Positions 44,801-57,296 of a DNA stretch of 58,206 bases are shown here, one piece after another. Each line of letters begins with the position of its first letter. Position 1 is the stretch's first letter. Made by a program: the position numbers and the translations under genes. The notes below the pieces were generated by a model. That model was given only the letters and a program-made list of their open reading frames with translations, made no database searches and was not told where the DNA came from. Source of the stretch: Craspedostauros australis (taxonomy: Eukaryota). Location of the stretch: positions 1 to 58,206 of the forward strand of contig JALAGF010002173.1 in NCBI GenBank assembly GCA_030167865.1. Reading direction: 5' to 3'.

Positions 44801-47800
44801 CTTCTCGACGCATGATGAGCAGTCCTTGCAAGCTTGGAGCCGCGCCTTTGCATGCACCGACGATTCGATCAAACCGACGCACACCAATGGGCCAAGTTTC
44901 TTCGTGGGGAGGAGACTCTCATGCTTGATCTGCGCAAGTAGGTCATTGTACGTATCCTTGAACCGACCCTTCGCGGCGCTGGCCTTGTCGAAGAGGAAAG
45001 GGACCACGGAGATGACATCGAAATCACTGAACTCGTAGCTTTGCTCTCGAAGAAAGTCGAAAAGGCTGGACAGGAATGTCAGAAGTGCCTGCAACCCAAC
45101 AGTACTTTCCTTGGTGCAAAGGACGAAAGTGATCCACTTCAGAATGATGCCAATCTGATTCATGATCATGGGCTCTCCCTCTCCGGTTCTTTCAAGGTCA
45201 ACCGCCTTCGAGAGGAGTTCACACCCAGCCTTGGCATCGTCCTGCTTCCTGAAGCCACCACTGGGGAAGAGGATTGGTGTGGAGGCTGCCGGCAGCAAGG
45301 GAACCCAAGATTTCTTCAGGCCGTTAAAGAGAGACGACCCACTCGATTCTTCGGGATACTCAGGCCATGTCAGCATTCGAAGAGCGGCGCGTGATCGCTG
45401 GACACCGGCAGAGCCTGGACTTCCGTCCAACGGGTGCGCACCAGTAGAATCATCGGTTGGAGTTTCATCTGTTCCGGCTGATCCCTTCGTCCCCAACGAT
45501 GCACGTCTCCGGGTATTCGCATGTGGTCGTTCATTGCCAATTGCGCCGGTGCCTGTGCCCGTGCCCGTTCCGTTGCCTGTGGGGAGGACGCTTGATCTCT
45601 TCGCCGCAGACAACCGGCTCGCGAAGGTTTTCTTCGGTGACCCTTGTGCTGCTGCACTTGGCGAAGGCGAGGGTGACGGTGCTTCATCTTCGTCGCCCAC
45701 GTGGCTGGCAGCTTTCTTGCTCAATTTCGTGATGATCGGTGCAACGCTTCGTTGCTTCGCTGGTTTCATCCTACCCAATGCTTTCTTGAGACCCTCGATA
45801 CTGATGCAGCGATTCTCTACACACGCCGACAAGAGCGCTTCGCCGGCTGCTCTAACATCGGACTTCGATGACATTAAGCTTTCAATCACAACCTGGGAGA
45901 AGCGCTCGCCGAGAGTCAAGCCACCTTGCGATGCAATGGCATCCAGACTGGGGATGCTGCTTGCCATCTCACTTGTCATGCGAAGCACATCAGCAATGCC
46001 ATTCGACTATTGTGTGCGAGCACCCGTCGAGAGTGGATGAACGCGCATGCGTATGCATAAACGCACGAAAATTGGATCGAAGACACCAAAAGGAGTGTTA
46101 GTCACAGGAAAGGAGGGTACGCGCTATCTTGCCCCCAAGATTCCTCGCTTCATTGTTTGTCGTGTCCCTTGACCGTCGAGGACTCCAACTGAACTGCATC
46201 CAACACAGCACTCACCTGGAACTTGGATTCGGCCAGTTCGCCAACGAGAGAGACGACGAATGGTTCCACGGACATTTCGTTGATCCCCCCGCCAACGATG
46301 GCTGGTTTCGACGTGGCATCTTTCAGCGCCTTCATGGATGCATCGTGCATCGTCTTTTTCCCATCGTTCATGGCACCGCTCAGAACTGCACCGTAGACAA
46401 CCCTGCCAAGTTTGCCTTGCATTACTGCATCGATCTTACCAAGGAGAGATCCGATCAGCCGCACAGCAAGTGGCCGCAGGTTGCTTTGTGAATCAGAAAG
46501 CCGTTCTTTCATACCCTTCAAGATGTCTGCGACTCCCTTGGGATGGGCTGTATCGATGAGACCGTTGCAATTCTTCAGCGATTTCTCCACTTCTTCCAGA
46601 GCTGCTTTACGTTGCTTCCATGCAGTCTTGCTGTCCTTCAATGCCATCCTCTTCATGCAGTCTTTGGGGAGCGAGGCCACCAAGTCGAATTTTGGAAGTT
46701 CCAACGTGAGGCCCGGGGAGCCGGTATCACCAGCACCATCGCTTCCGTCGCCAACGCCCCCGCCGTTTCTGCCAACACCGTGTGCCAGAGAGGACTTGGG
46801 CCAAGGCTGACTCGCCAATGACGGATCAAAATCGGCCTTCGAGAATGTCTGCCCGAGCTGGTCCTTCAAGCCTTGATCAGTGGTCGCGCTCATTGCAATT
46901 GCTTCGAAGGCTGGTCCAAGATGAACGAACATGATGGCAAAGGCAGATTGAGCCGCTCGCTTGATCTTCAAGTTGGAAGATTTGCCTTCCTTCACCAACC
47001 ATTCGACAGTATCATTCATGGCGCCTCCGATCGTTCCTGATCCAAAGTCGCCACAGAACGAAGCGAACCATTTGAGGAGCTCTTCGTGGGGAAGAGGTGC
47101 CCTGACACCATCGATTGAGCTGAAGCTGCCTGTGAGAATACTGCTTGGCTGCTGCACGGTGCAAAGCTTCGTCAATAGCTCCTTCGATGTCGCCATGAGC
47201 TTCTTGTCGGCAATCTTCGGCACGGCGATGCGCACAGCGTCTTTGGTCAAGGTCTCAGAGAACACACGTCTGTGCTCGTAATGCTGATCGATGGCCGCAA
47301 TGAACAGTTGCATGATTGCCTTCATAATGTTCACATTCGTATCCTTGAAATCCTTCGTATGATTGCGAGCGAGGGTGAAGATCGCTGCCGTATCCGATGG
47401 AAGCTTATTTGGATCTGACGAGTAGTCCGACGATGTGATGAAGGCCGCAAACGAGTCGATCGCACCCTTCCGAAACGCCCATTTCGATGCTGTTGTGGTT
47501 TGTTCAGGCAGTAAAAGAGAGCACAGTTCGAGTAGAGTGGAGAGATTTAACAGTAATGATGATCCAAGCAGTTTTGGCGTGAAGCGAGGTAAGATGAGCG
47601 ATCGAAGCAGCGACACCAGCACCAGCAGCAACAGTGGCAGAGTCAACAACGACACTTCAAGACGCTTCGGAGAAAACGAAAATCGGGAAGTGGCACGTCA
47701 GGCAAGTACGAACCTTGGAGACCTGCTAACACACCCCCCTCATCGTCTTCTGCGGACCAATTTGGGATGTTCAGATCTTCGCAATGTTGCATGGCCTGAT

Positions 47801-50800
47801 CGCCGTCAGGTAAATCATCCATGGATTCGGCGACTGGTCCGGCGGATGATGCCGTCGATGCTCCAGTTTGCAATGATGTTGCTACTGGTACTGCAGCTGG
47901 ACGTGGCGGCTTGGCTGTGGGTGCCCTGGATTGCGGTCTCGCTGTTGTTGCGCTCGGCTGTGTTCGCTTCGGAGGTGCACCTCGTGTTGTGGCATTCGCA
48001 GGTTTTGGCGGTCCTGGAGCTCTCGATTGCGTGCCCTTGCTTGTATTTGGCTTCGATGCTTGCGCAGAGGATTTGCCGTTCCCTTGGCCTTGGCCTTGAC
48101 CTTGGCTCTGACCCTCTTGCATCTTCGTCTTCATCAGTGATTTGTAAGCTCTCGCATTCTTCGCCTGCAACGTGTCGATGATGCCGTTCACGACATTTCG
48201 CACGCCTTCCGCATTTGCACTTTGGAGGCTTTGCAGGACGCCCATCGCGGCCTTTCGTACGGAGGCGTCGGAGTCTTCCAACTTCATGACGCCAAGCTTT
48301 GCGCATTTGTCAGCCGCTCCCACCGAGAGCACGCCACGGGGACCAGCGTTCTCTGCCCGACTCACGCATCGATTTAGAAAGTCCAACGCCGCCGTTCGCG
48401 CTAGCGCATTCTTCTGCTTTTTCTCGTTCACCGCGTCTGGGAGAGCGTCCTGATCGACTACATGATCGATCGACAACACCTTGCCGAAAAGAGAATCAAG
48501 GCACTGACCTGATGGCTTCGTCAGCTTCTTGTCTTTCGCTAGAGATAGCAATTTGCCAATCAGTGGACGCAGGTTCGGGAACAGCTTGTCACCGACGCCT
48601 TCAGCCAACATGGATAGAACCTGCATTGCCTTGCTGCAGACTGCAAAGTGCGTATGTGAAAGCAGCCCCTTCATGTCGCTGATCAGTGGAGCGTAATTGG
48701 AGTTCGAAGATGGCGGCGTGAGCTTGTACGGTTTGTCGCCCCCGGTTTGAAGCGCGATGTCGAGCGCCCCAACCTTTTCTGACCACTTTGCCAACTGCAG
48801 CTTTGCTGAGTAATCGGTTTTTGGAAGTGTTGCCATAAGATTGACTGCCGGGCGCTTTGCTAGCCGCTCCATCTCCAACTCCTTCGCCCCAGCCTCCAAA
48901 GCAGCAAGAGCATCAGCAGCGGATGCAGGCGCTCCACCGGCTTGGCCGTTCTGCTGCATGTATCGCAACGTTCGTGTTGGTGGTGCTGCGCTTGGCTGGC
49001 TAGCAAGCTGCGAATCCACATGCTTCGCCTGCGATTTCTGCATCTTGCCGATCACGCCTTCCATTGGCGCCTTGGAACCAAAGGCCCGGCAGAATTCGAC
49101 GACGGTGTCAACTGCTACATCACGGACCTTCTTGTTCGTGTTGGAAAGAAGCTTTGGCAGCGATGTTGTGATGGACGCAAGCGGCAGGCATGCTGCTCCA
49201 AATGCTTTGGCAGCATTCAGGACGAGCGTGGCGCTCTGGAGAACCACCTTTGGCTTTCTCGACGTGAGGCCATGGTCTAGCACCGCCTGCGCGACTGCCT
49301 TGATGGAGGCACCATCTTCAGCGAATTCAATCAGTTTCATCGCAATTTCATCGGAACACTTGATCGTGGCTGGTCTTGACGATCCGAACGCTGTTCCCTT
49401 TACCAATGACTGGGTGATCTTCGCTGCCTGTTCCAAGGGAAGGGCATCTGCGGACGTGTTCACGTACACCAGTGTCATATCCAAACATGATTCAAGAGCG
49501 CTGGCATTCTTATCCATGAGGAGTGCGGACAGTTGACCTCCAACTTCAGATATCAATGATCCGACCGATGCTGGATCTTCACCGGTGCCTTTCATTGCCG
49601 CAGCCACATAACCGTACGCGGCTTTTCGAATCTTCCACTTCTTATCCACAAGCATGGACGAGACGGTATCTCGTGTTACGACGATTTCGTCCTCCGACTC
49701 CGCCTGCAGCGGCGGCGTGCTCTGGGTTGATCCACCAATCCCCATCATGCTCTGTCCCAGCGGCTGCGAACTATGTTGCTGTTGCTGCTGCTGCTGCTGT
49801 GGCCGCGGCTGTGCCTGCTGTCCAAGTCCATGTCCAAGCGTTTGTTCATGTTCGTAGTTGTCTGGCGGACTGTTGGAATCGTCAAATCGTGCCATTCCCC
49901 CACGATTGGATATCGCCTGCAATTCTCGAAGAAGCTCTTCATCTTCGGCTGCTCCCCCGCGATCCCCTTTGAAAGTTTGGGGTAAATCTGACTTGATGGT
50001 GTTCGGAGGAGGAGCGGTTGCGGCTGGACGCATCGTCGGGGCTGCCGCCATCACATCATCACTGTTTCCTGTTTGCTGCATTTGCTGTTGCTTTCCTCGT
50101 TTCCATGGTGGAACCCCTCTGGACTGCGTGTTTTGAGATCGTCGCGTCGGCTTTGAAGCAGCCCGAGCAGCAGGTGGGGCTGACAGTGTGGCATCCATTG
50201 CACCACCAATACCATTTGCATCATCGCCGCCCGCAAATCTATCTGTTCCTCCGGATTTTGCTGATATTGCCTGCAGCTCGCGTAGCAGTTCTTCGTCTTC
50301 AGCTACGCCGCCGCGGTCTCCTTTGAAAGTTTGCGGCAAATCTGATTTCATAGTTCGTGGAGGTCCCGAAGGCACGGGTGCTGGTGGGGCCGCAATGACA
50401 ACATCTTCGTTCATTGCATCCACGTTTTCGAATGGCGAATGCTGTGCCTGCGCCTGCGTTTGTGTTTGCTTGCCACGCTTCCACGGTGGGACACCTCCAG
50501 GCCGACCGCGAGGTGTTCGTTGCTTGGGTTTGGGCCTGCTGGTTTCTGTTGGACTTGGACGTGCTGCAAAGTTGCTGTCCGTCACTACGGCATCCATCCC
50601 AGCTTCGTCGTCACCACCAACAAATCGATCACCGCCTCCTGATCGTGACGAAATCGCTTGCAGCTCTCGCAACAGGTCTTCATCTTCTGCAGCCCCGCCA
50701 CGATCTCCCTTGAAAGTCTGGGGGAGATCTGATTTGATGGTTCGTGGAGGTCCAGCTGGAACCTCCGAAACTAGCTCTGGAGCGCTCCTTTCCACATGTG

Positions 50801-52439
50801 CTGGGGTGTTGGGAGTTGCCACGCCAAATCCATCGGCTGCGCCATCATCATCTGCGAATCTATCTCCTCCTCCTCCGGATCGATTTGAAATTGCCTGCAG
50901 TTCTCGTAGCAACTCTTCATCTTCCGCCGCCCCGCCACGATCTCCTCGAAAAGTGTTTGGTAAATTTGATTTGATGGTTTGAGGTGGGCCGTACGCAATT
51001 GGTCCTGGTGCTGGAGCAGGTGCAGGCACAGGCACAGGCGGAGCCGCGATGACAACATCGTCGTTTGGGAACGGCGTGGACATGTCTTTGTGCTGATTTT
51101 GTGCTTGCTTTCCACGCTTCCACGGTGGGACACCACCGGCGCGATTGCGTGGCGTTCGGGATTTCGGTTTTGGAGCAGAAGTCGCGACTGATGTGTTTTG
51201 AGGTGGCACTTCCGTTGCTGTTGCTTGCATTCCCATGCCATCATCATCGCCGTCGCCTCCTGCGAATCGATCTCCACCTCCGGATCGGTTCGATATGGCT
51301 TGTAGTTCCCTGAGAAGTTCTTCATCTTCGGCTGCTCCGCCGCGATCTCCGCGAAACGTGTTTGGCAAATTTGATTTGATGGTTTGTGGAGGTCCTGAAG
51401 GCATTGGTGTTGGCGTAGGTGCGGGCGCAGGCGTGGGTGCTGGTGGAGCTGCAACAACAACATCCTCACTCATAGCATCCACGTTTCCAAAAGGTGATTG
51501 CTGTGCAGGTGGTTGTGCTTGCTTCCCACGCTTCCACGGTGGGACACCACCGGCACGATTGCGTGGCGTTCGAGATTTCGGTTTTGGAGCAGAAGTCGCG
51601 ACTGATGTGTTTTGAGGTGGCACTTCCGTTGCTACTGCTTGCATTCCCATGCCACCATCATCGTCATCGTCGCCTCCTGCGAATCGATCTCCACCTCCGG
51701 ATCGGTTCGATATTGCTTGTAGTTCCCTGAGAAGTTCTTCATCTTCGGCTGTGCCACCGCGATCTCCTCGAAAAGTGTTGGGCAAATTCGATTTGATGGT
51801 TTGTGGAGGTCCTGAAGGCATTGGTGTTGGCGCAGGCGTGGGTGCTGGTGGAGCTGCGATGACCACATCGTCATTTGGGAACGGTGCTGGCATCTCACTT
51901 TTTGGACTCTGCGCTTGCTTGCCACGTTTCCACGGTGGAACTCCTCCTGGTCGGTTACGTGATGTTCTCGGCTTGGGAGCAGGTTGCTGCACAGCAAGTC
52001 GAGCCGGAGCTGAGATATCAGAAGCACCCGTGTTCGTGTCCATCGAATTTCTGCGCTGGTTGGGCAAAGTGTTGAAGTCGTCAACAACATCATCGTTGTC
52101 GTCGCCTCCCGCGAATCGGTCTGCGCCGCCGGATCTTGCAGAGATTGCCTGCAGTTCCCTGAGAAGTTCTTCGTCCTCGGCGGATCCACCACGATCGCCC
52201 TGGAAGGTATTGGGTAGGTTCGATCGAATGGTATTCGGCGGTGCAAAATGTGCGGTCTGAGGAAATGGCGCTGACGCGTTGTTCTGGAAGCCACCATCCG
52301 CAACACCACCGTTGGCGTTCATTGCAGCACCGAAACCATCCTTCTGAGGTTCGTCCTCATCAGCATCAAAACGGTTGGGCGCCGATTGGTTAGAAATGGC
52401 CCGCATTTCCGCAAGCAGCGCAGCCTCTTCCGCGTCCAT
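41822..52439 (-). CDS. CKAP5: XMAP215/ch-TOG/MOR1 family microtubule polymerase with long N-terminal repeat extension, 3 exons, 3394 aa
   Basis: Exons 52439-47714, 47489-46216, 46006-41822 (10185 nt in frame). TOG HEAT-A tryptophan motifs occur as DKKWKIRKAAY, AKWSEKVGAL, SKWAFRKGAI and TAWKQRKAAL. Other TOG loops include SRKPKVV, KDTNVNI, DSQSNL and LEDSDASVR. A TOG5-like region and the C-terminal AALRARIQAVK helix are present. Confidence 0.92.
49890..52439 (-). repeat. Coding tandem repeat array (7 copies of core motif plus one degenerate N-terminal copy)
   Basis: The core (I/M)(K/R)S(N/D)LP(N/Q)TF(R/K/Q)GDRGGxAEDE(E/D)LLRELQAIS..(D/A)RF occurs 7 times and GVPPWKRGKQ 5 times. Two adjacent units are near-identical in DNA with a 414-bp offset (e.g. 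51161 vs 51575). Confidence 0.95.
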
Positions 52440-54089
52440 CGTTAAATCTGAATGCCAAAAACAGAAGCTGATCAATCCAGTGTTTGCGATCGAATCGAAT
52501 CAAATTGAATCGATTGGAGCAGAGGAGAACTGAATGGAGTCTTGATAGAGAGGAGAGGAGAGGGCAGAACTGCGGCCGCACTCGAGATTCACACCAATGC
52601 TTCACGACCACACGGAATGGCGTATTGCAGAATAGAGAGCAGAGAGTGGAGAACCCGCGAAGTGGTGTGCTTGTTTGGTTTGAAGGCGTCGTCGTCGATA
52701 ACGCAATGGCAACAGCACGAAGTCTCCCTGTTAGCTGAGGAGCAACTGTATCTCTTTGATGCCTCTGATTGCGATGGTGATGATGGTGATCCCTCGTCCT
52801 CTTTCAATTGTGGAACGTACGTGTACTGCCACGCGAAGACACAAGACGTATAGCGCCCTTGTTTTTGGCCTTGCCTTTGCCTTTGCCCTTGTGATGCTGT
52901 GTGATACTATGCGAGCTATGAGTACGACTTTGATGGCATTGTGGTGTGATGTGATCTTCGATGGGGAGAAGCCTGCCTTCCCCCCTTGTCGGCCTGCTGG
53001 TGCTTTGTGTACGGTGTTTGAAATCTTGGTTTTGGCAATTTCAAAATCGAACCGTTATCCAGCTATGTGATCGAGCGATTCAAAGTTGGAATGAATGGAT
53101 TCAGTGCGTGTTTGATCGCGCTAGTCGTAGACTACACGACCATTGGACAAACGTGGTACGACCACACCTTCGAAGAGACAGTGGAAGGCAATTGCGACAT
53201 GGTTCAAGCAAGCAGCATACTCTACACACGTCAGTAATATACCTGAACAATCCAGTGATGAACGATTTACTCTGCTTTGCTATCGTGTAGCTGTGCCACC
53301 TGTCTTGCCATTCGCTTGAGACACCGTGTCCGTCTTGCTCCTCTCTTTCGAGAAAGAAAGAGTACTCTTCCTGGGAACTCGCATCTTGCAAATCATTGAT
53401 CTAATCGTTGAATGGATCACTTCGGCTTACGAAGAGAGAGAGAGAGATCGATCGCGCTTTTACGATCAAGAATCCGTTGGAGGAAACAAACGCTCAGCCA
53501 TCAGCACATGGTGTCTTGGTCTCTGTCTTTCTTGCTTGGTGTCTTGTTTTCTCTTGGTTCCTCCTTGTGGTTGCCTCCTTTGCTGCTCTGGCGATTTTTT
53601 GTGACTGAATGAACAGAGGCATGTCGCATGACGACATACCGACGCGGATGTGACATCAACACGACAACGACGGCTTATGTGCACCGATCATAAATCTTGC
53701 CAAGGGAGATCTTTGTGGAACAGACAGCAACGTCATGGCGAATTTGCGTGGTGGTCATTCCATCACTGCGCGCGGTTTGTTGCTTGCTCAGACCTCTCTC
53801 TTTCTTGCTCCCTCATGCGTTCATTCATTCGTTCTGTCGTTCATTCCTTCTGCTTCGGTCACAAGACATCGATGGATCCTGCGGCCTCTCTCGCGCTTCG
53901 ACCATCGCAGGGCATGACATGCCACCGCATCGCATGGCGTCGTGCTGCATCGCATCATGATGTTGTCACGACCACCACAGCACCAAACTCGCATGTGACC
54001 TCATGATCCCACAATTCGTCGAAGACGCACTTGGATGAACAGTAACTCGCGCACCCACATCATCCGCAACGAGAACGGCGATTCCCATC

Positions 54090-55478
54090 ATGGCGCTTGC
54101 ATCATTCTTCGCTCATCTTCTGCAAAGCAAGGGATGCGATGTCGCGATCTTCGTGCATGACAACGCTGGTGGGATCTCCACTCACATCCATGCCTCCAAT
54201 CAAGCAGCCATCCATGAGCGACAGAAGCACCTCGTCGGCTCGAAGACCGGATCTCACCATCGGCAGAATCACTCTTCAAGCCGCTGGGAAGGAAGCCTAG
54301 ATCCAGCTGCTGTGGCAACTGGCGATGCAGCACCAAGATCCTCGATGCCACCCATCTTGCAGGCACCAGCAGCATCAGCTCCCGCTGCAATGACCGACGC
54401 CAAGCCCAACGCATCGTCATCGTCATGCAACAAGAAGCTGCCTCGGGTGCCGTCAGCATCGCGGCCAGTGGTCTTTCCAACGCCGCCCAAACAGGAAGAG
54501 TCAAAGCCGGTTCTCACCTCCGCAGCAGGGAGCGCTTCCGCATCCAACCGAGCAGCCGAGCAGGTCGCGCCGCAGGACAGCATCTTCGCAAAGTACAGCT
54601 CCACGAAGCCGACTCCGAGCCAATCAACGAGCAACAACAGCAAATGTTTGCCTAGGCGCCACCACCACGCCATCTTGCCGTACCCCGTGCGACAGCCATC
54701 GCTCAGCAGCGTGGCATCGTTCAGCAGCGACGACAACAAGAGCAACAATGGCGATGACGAAGAAGAGGGGCGTGTCATGGACGACCGCAACGACCAAACC
54801 AAGTGTCGCACGCCGTTCCGTCTTCTCCAAATCAACGGTGGCCACAACGGCGGCCACAGCGGTGACCACAACAACAGCGGCAAGGCCGCGTCGCGTACTG
54901 GTGGCAGCAGAGCCGAAGACTTGGACTATACGGAACCTCCAACATGCCCGAAGCGGCTGCCTTCCATGGATTCTGAGGCTCTGTACCTCGACACGAAAGG
55001 AATCCAAGCGGCGAGCTTCTCACCACATCGATCCCCGACGAAGAAGATGAACACGGCCACCGCTGCACTCAGCATCCAAGTGCGCGCGACGGCATCCATG
55101 TCGATGATGACCACCAAGGCCAGCGCACCCGCACCGCGCTCACAGCCGACGCCGCTGCAAGCTTCCTTCTCAACCGGCGGCTTCGTCTCCCCCATCCGCC
55201 ACACCCGCAAACTCACAGACCTGGTCCTCAGCCCTCTGCGACCTCCGCTCAAGCCATCGTCCACCGTCTCGCCCATCGTCCTGCAAGCACGCCGCCGGCT
55301 CTCCCATATCATGACGGAGTTTCCATTGTGCGGCAAGGCGCCATGCTGCCCGCGTCGCCTCCCCTCCCCGGCCCCGATCTGTCCAAAGATGCACCACACC
55401 GCGCATTCAATGAAAAGCACAAGTGCTGCACCGACGCGCTTCCCGGATCTATACCATGCATCCAAGGCGCAGGCTTGA
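54090..55478 (+). CDS. Uncharacterised Ser/Pro-rich low-complexity protein, 462 aa, intronless
   Basis: Long ATG-initiated ORF with coding-like codon use. It has short motifs VAIFVHDNA and SSRWE, and repeated PxRxPS (PVRQPS, PKRLPS, PRRLPS). Confidence 0.65.
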   Translation: MALASFFAHLLQSKGCDVAIFVHDNAGGISTHIHASNQAAIHERQKHLVGSKTGSHHRQNHSSSRWEGSLDPAAVATGDAAPRSSMPPILQAPAASAPAAMTDAKPNASSSSCNKKLPRVPSASRPVVFPTPPKQEESKPVLTSAAGSASASNRAAEQVAPQDSIFAKYSSTKPTPSQSTSNNSKCLPRRHHHAILPYPVRQPSLSSVASFSSDDNKSNNGDDEEEGRVMDDRNDQTKCRTPFRLLQINGGHNGGHSGDHNNSGKAASRTGGSRAEDLDYTEPPTCPKRLPSMDSEALYLDTKGIQAASFSPHRSPTKKMNTATAALSIQVRATASMSMMTTKASAPAPRSQPTPLQASFSTGGFVSPIRHTRKLTDLVLSPLRPPLKPSSTVSPIVLQARRRLSHIMTEFPLCGKAPCCPRRLPSPAPICPKMHHTAHSMKSTSAAPTRFPDLYHASKAQA

Positions 55479-57229
55479 ATTGCGCTCCATGCTGCATCTG
55501 AGCAAACGTACGCAAGTCGTCGCCGTCAATGGAGGGGCCACAGACAAGTATTATATCATATGTCAGCAGCCTCTCTCCCAAGGCTCTGATGTGCAAATCG
55601 CAAGTTAATTTTAGGACAGCCAGCCAAAACTTCGAAAATAATGGGAGTTTCAGAATACTAGTATGGAATTTTTCATTGAACATCGAATTGCAATGTCTTT
55701 TTGGAAGTATTAGCGCAACGCTAAATCTCTAACAATAGCGACACCCGTCGACCAATCAGAAATCTCCACTTTTCTTACCTTTTCCGTTCCGAACGGAAAT
55801 TTTGGTCGAAAATCCGTTGTGTCAAATTTGTGTCACATTTCGCGTCGCGAGAACCGTTTTCCCGTCAATCCCAGTTCCAACATGTCGCGGAAATGGATTT
55901 CTTACCAAGATGAACCACTCTGCCCAATCAGGACAGACTTGGATCTTGGGTGCGACACGTGCGAATCTTACCAAGACCTTCTCAAGTGAACATGATCAAT
56001 CGTGTGATTGTACTACTAGCAACATCGTGAGAAGACGTACTTCACAACACGGGGTATCGCAGTGTTTTGTTCATTGACTTCTGCTAACTCTACTTCATGC
56101 AGTAACACACATATTTGTCGTGTTGTCTCCGTGTTAATTTTGATTGCAATTGCATGAGACCATGTCATGTCTCTCTCATGCTCACAGTTCCAAGAATACA
56201 ATCTTGTGATCTCAACAGCATCCTACCACTCATATGAATAATACTCAATAACAACACTCATCCTCACCCAACAACAAAGATTTGATCATTCTACGTTCTC
56301 GGTGCGGAATCCCATCCTTGATTTCGTTCTACCACTCTGCCCGTACTTCATCCACCAAAACGGCTCATGATCGCTGAAATTAATGCTCTGCCGGCTTCCA
56401 TGGTGTACCAATTCGATTGCGACGCTCGTTTCCGCCATGGACTGTGATTCTCAATCACTGGCTCTCCATTTTCATCACAAATTGTGGTGCCAATAACAGA
56501 TATCACCCCGAACTGCAATTCAGACCATCATCCAGTAGAAACTGCACGATGTTCAAGTTCAAGGCAATCCTCCTTGGCACGCTCCTGCGTGCAAGTGCGG
56601 GATCCACAGAGGCTGTGCTGTGCGGCAGCAGAGCTGTGGGGCAGACCAAAGAGCTTCACGTCATGATGCATGCCACCTGTACCCTCAATGTTGGCAAGTT
56701 CCATGATTGGAAGCCTATGATTGTGGAAGGTGGTGTTGGTTGATAGTCGTTCTGTTTGCTATTTCACTACTTGGCTACTCCGATCCTCTTTGTGTACACT
56801 CATTCTCTTGCCTGATGCTCTTGGCATGTTTGTCTACCTTGTAGATTGGGTTGTCCAACTATGAGTTGGTGTGCGAGATGCTCTCTCACTCCTCTCTGTA
56901 TTCTCTCTCTCTCTCTCTCTCAGTATCATGTACTCATGTTTCACGATACTTCATGTTTGATGCATTCTCTGCATTCGACACTCTGTTCATTCCTTACTGG
57001 TTCCTACTCCATGAGTACTTACCATTTGAACTTCTCCTTCTGTATCCATGATCTTGATGCCCTTCAGTCATCGGATCTTTGCCTCATGCTCTGACCTGGA
57101 GACAGATGTTGACGTGGTGACACGATGACATCCTGTCGATGTCAGTAGGCGTCCTTCTGCTCTCCAGATGTCATGTTCCATTGGTGATGCAGCAGTCTGT
57201 CAGATGATATCGTCATCTGAGGTTTAGTT

Positions 57230-57296
57230 NNNNNNNNNNNNNNNNNNNNNNNNNNNNNNNNNNNNNNNNNNNNNNNNNNNNNNNNNNNNNNNNNNN
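57230..57296. other. Assembly gap (67 N)
   Basis: Run of n characters. Confidence 1.

Noticed and set aside
49890-52300. Repeat array as a CRISPR array or non-coding satellite
   Set aside because: The repeats are in frame, vary mostly at synonymous positions, are far longer than CRISPR repeats, and sit in a eukaryotic gene with no cas genes nearby.
41822-52475. Three separate genes for the ORFs of 1388, 501 and 1610 aa
   Set aside because: Canonical GT..AG introns (47490-47713 and 46007-46215) join them in frame into one TOG array.
56417-56743. 108-aa ORF in the distal region as a gene or transposase fragment
   Set aside because: Short, with no recognisable domain in any frame I read.
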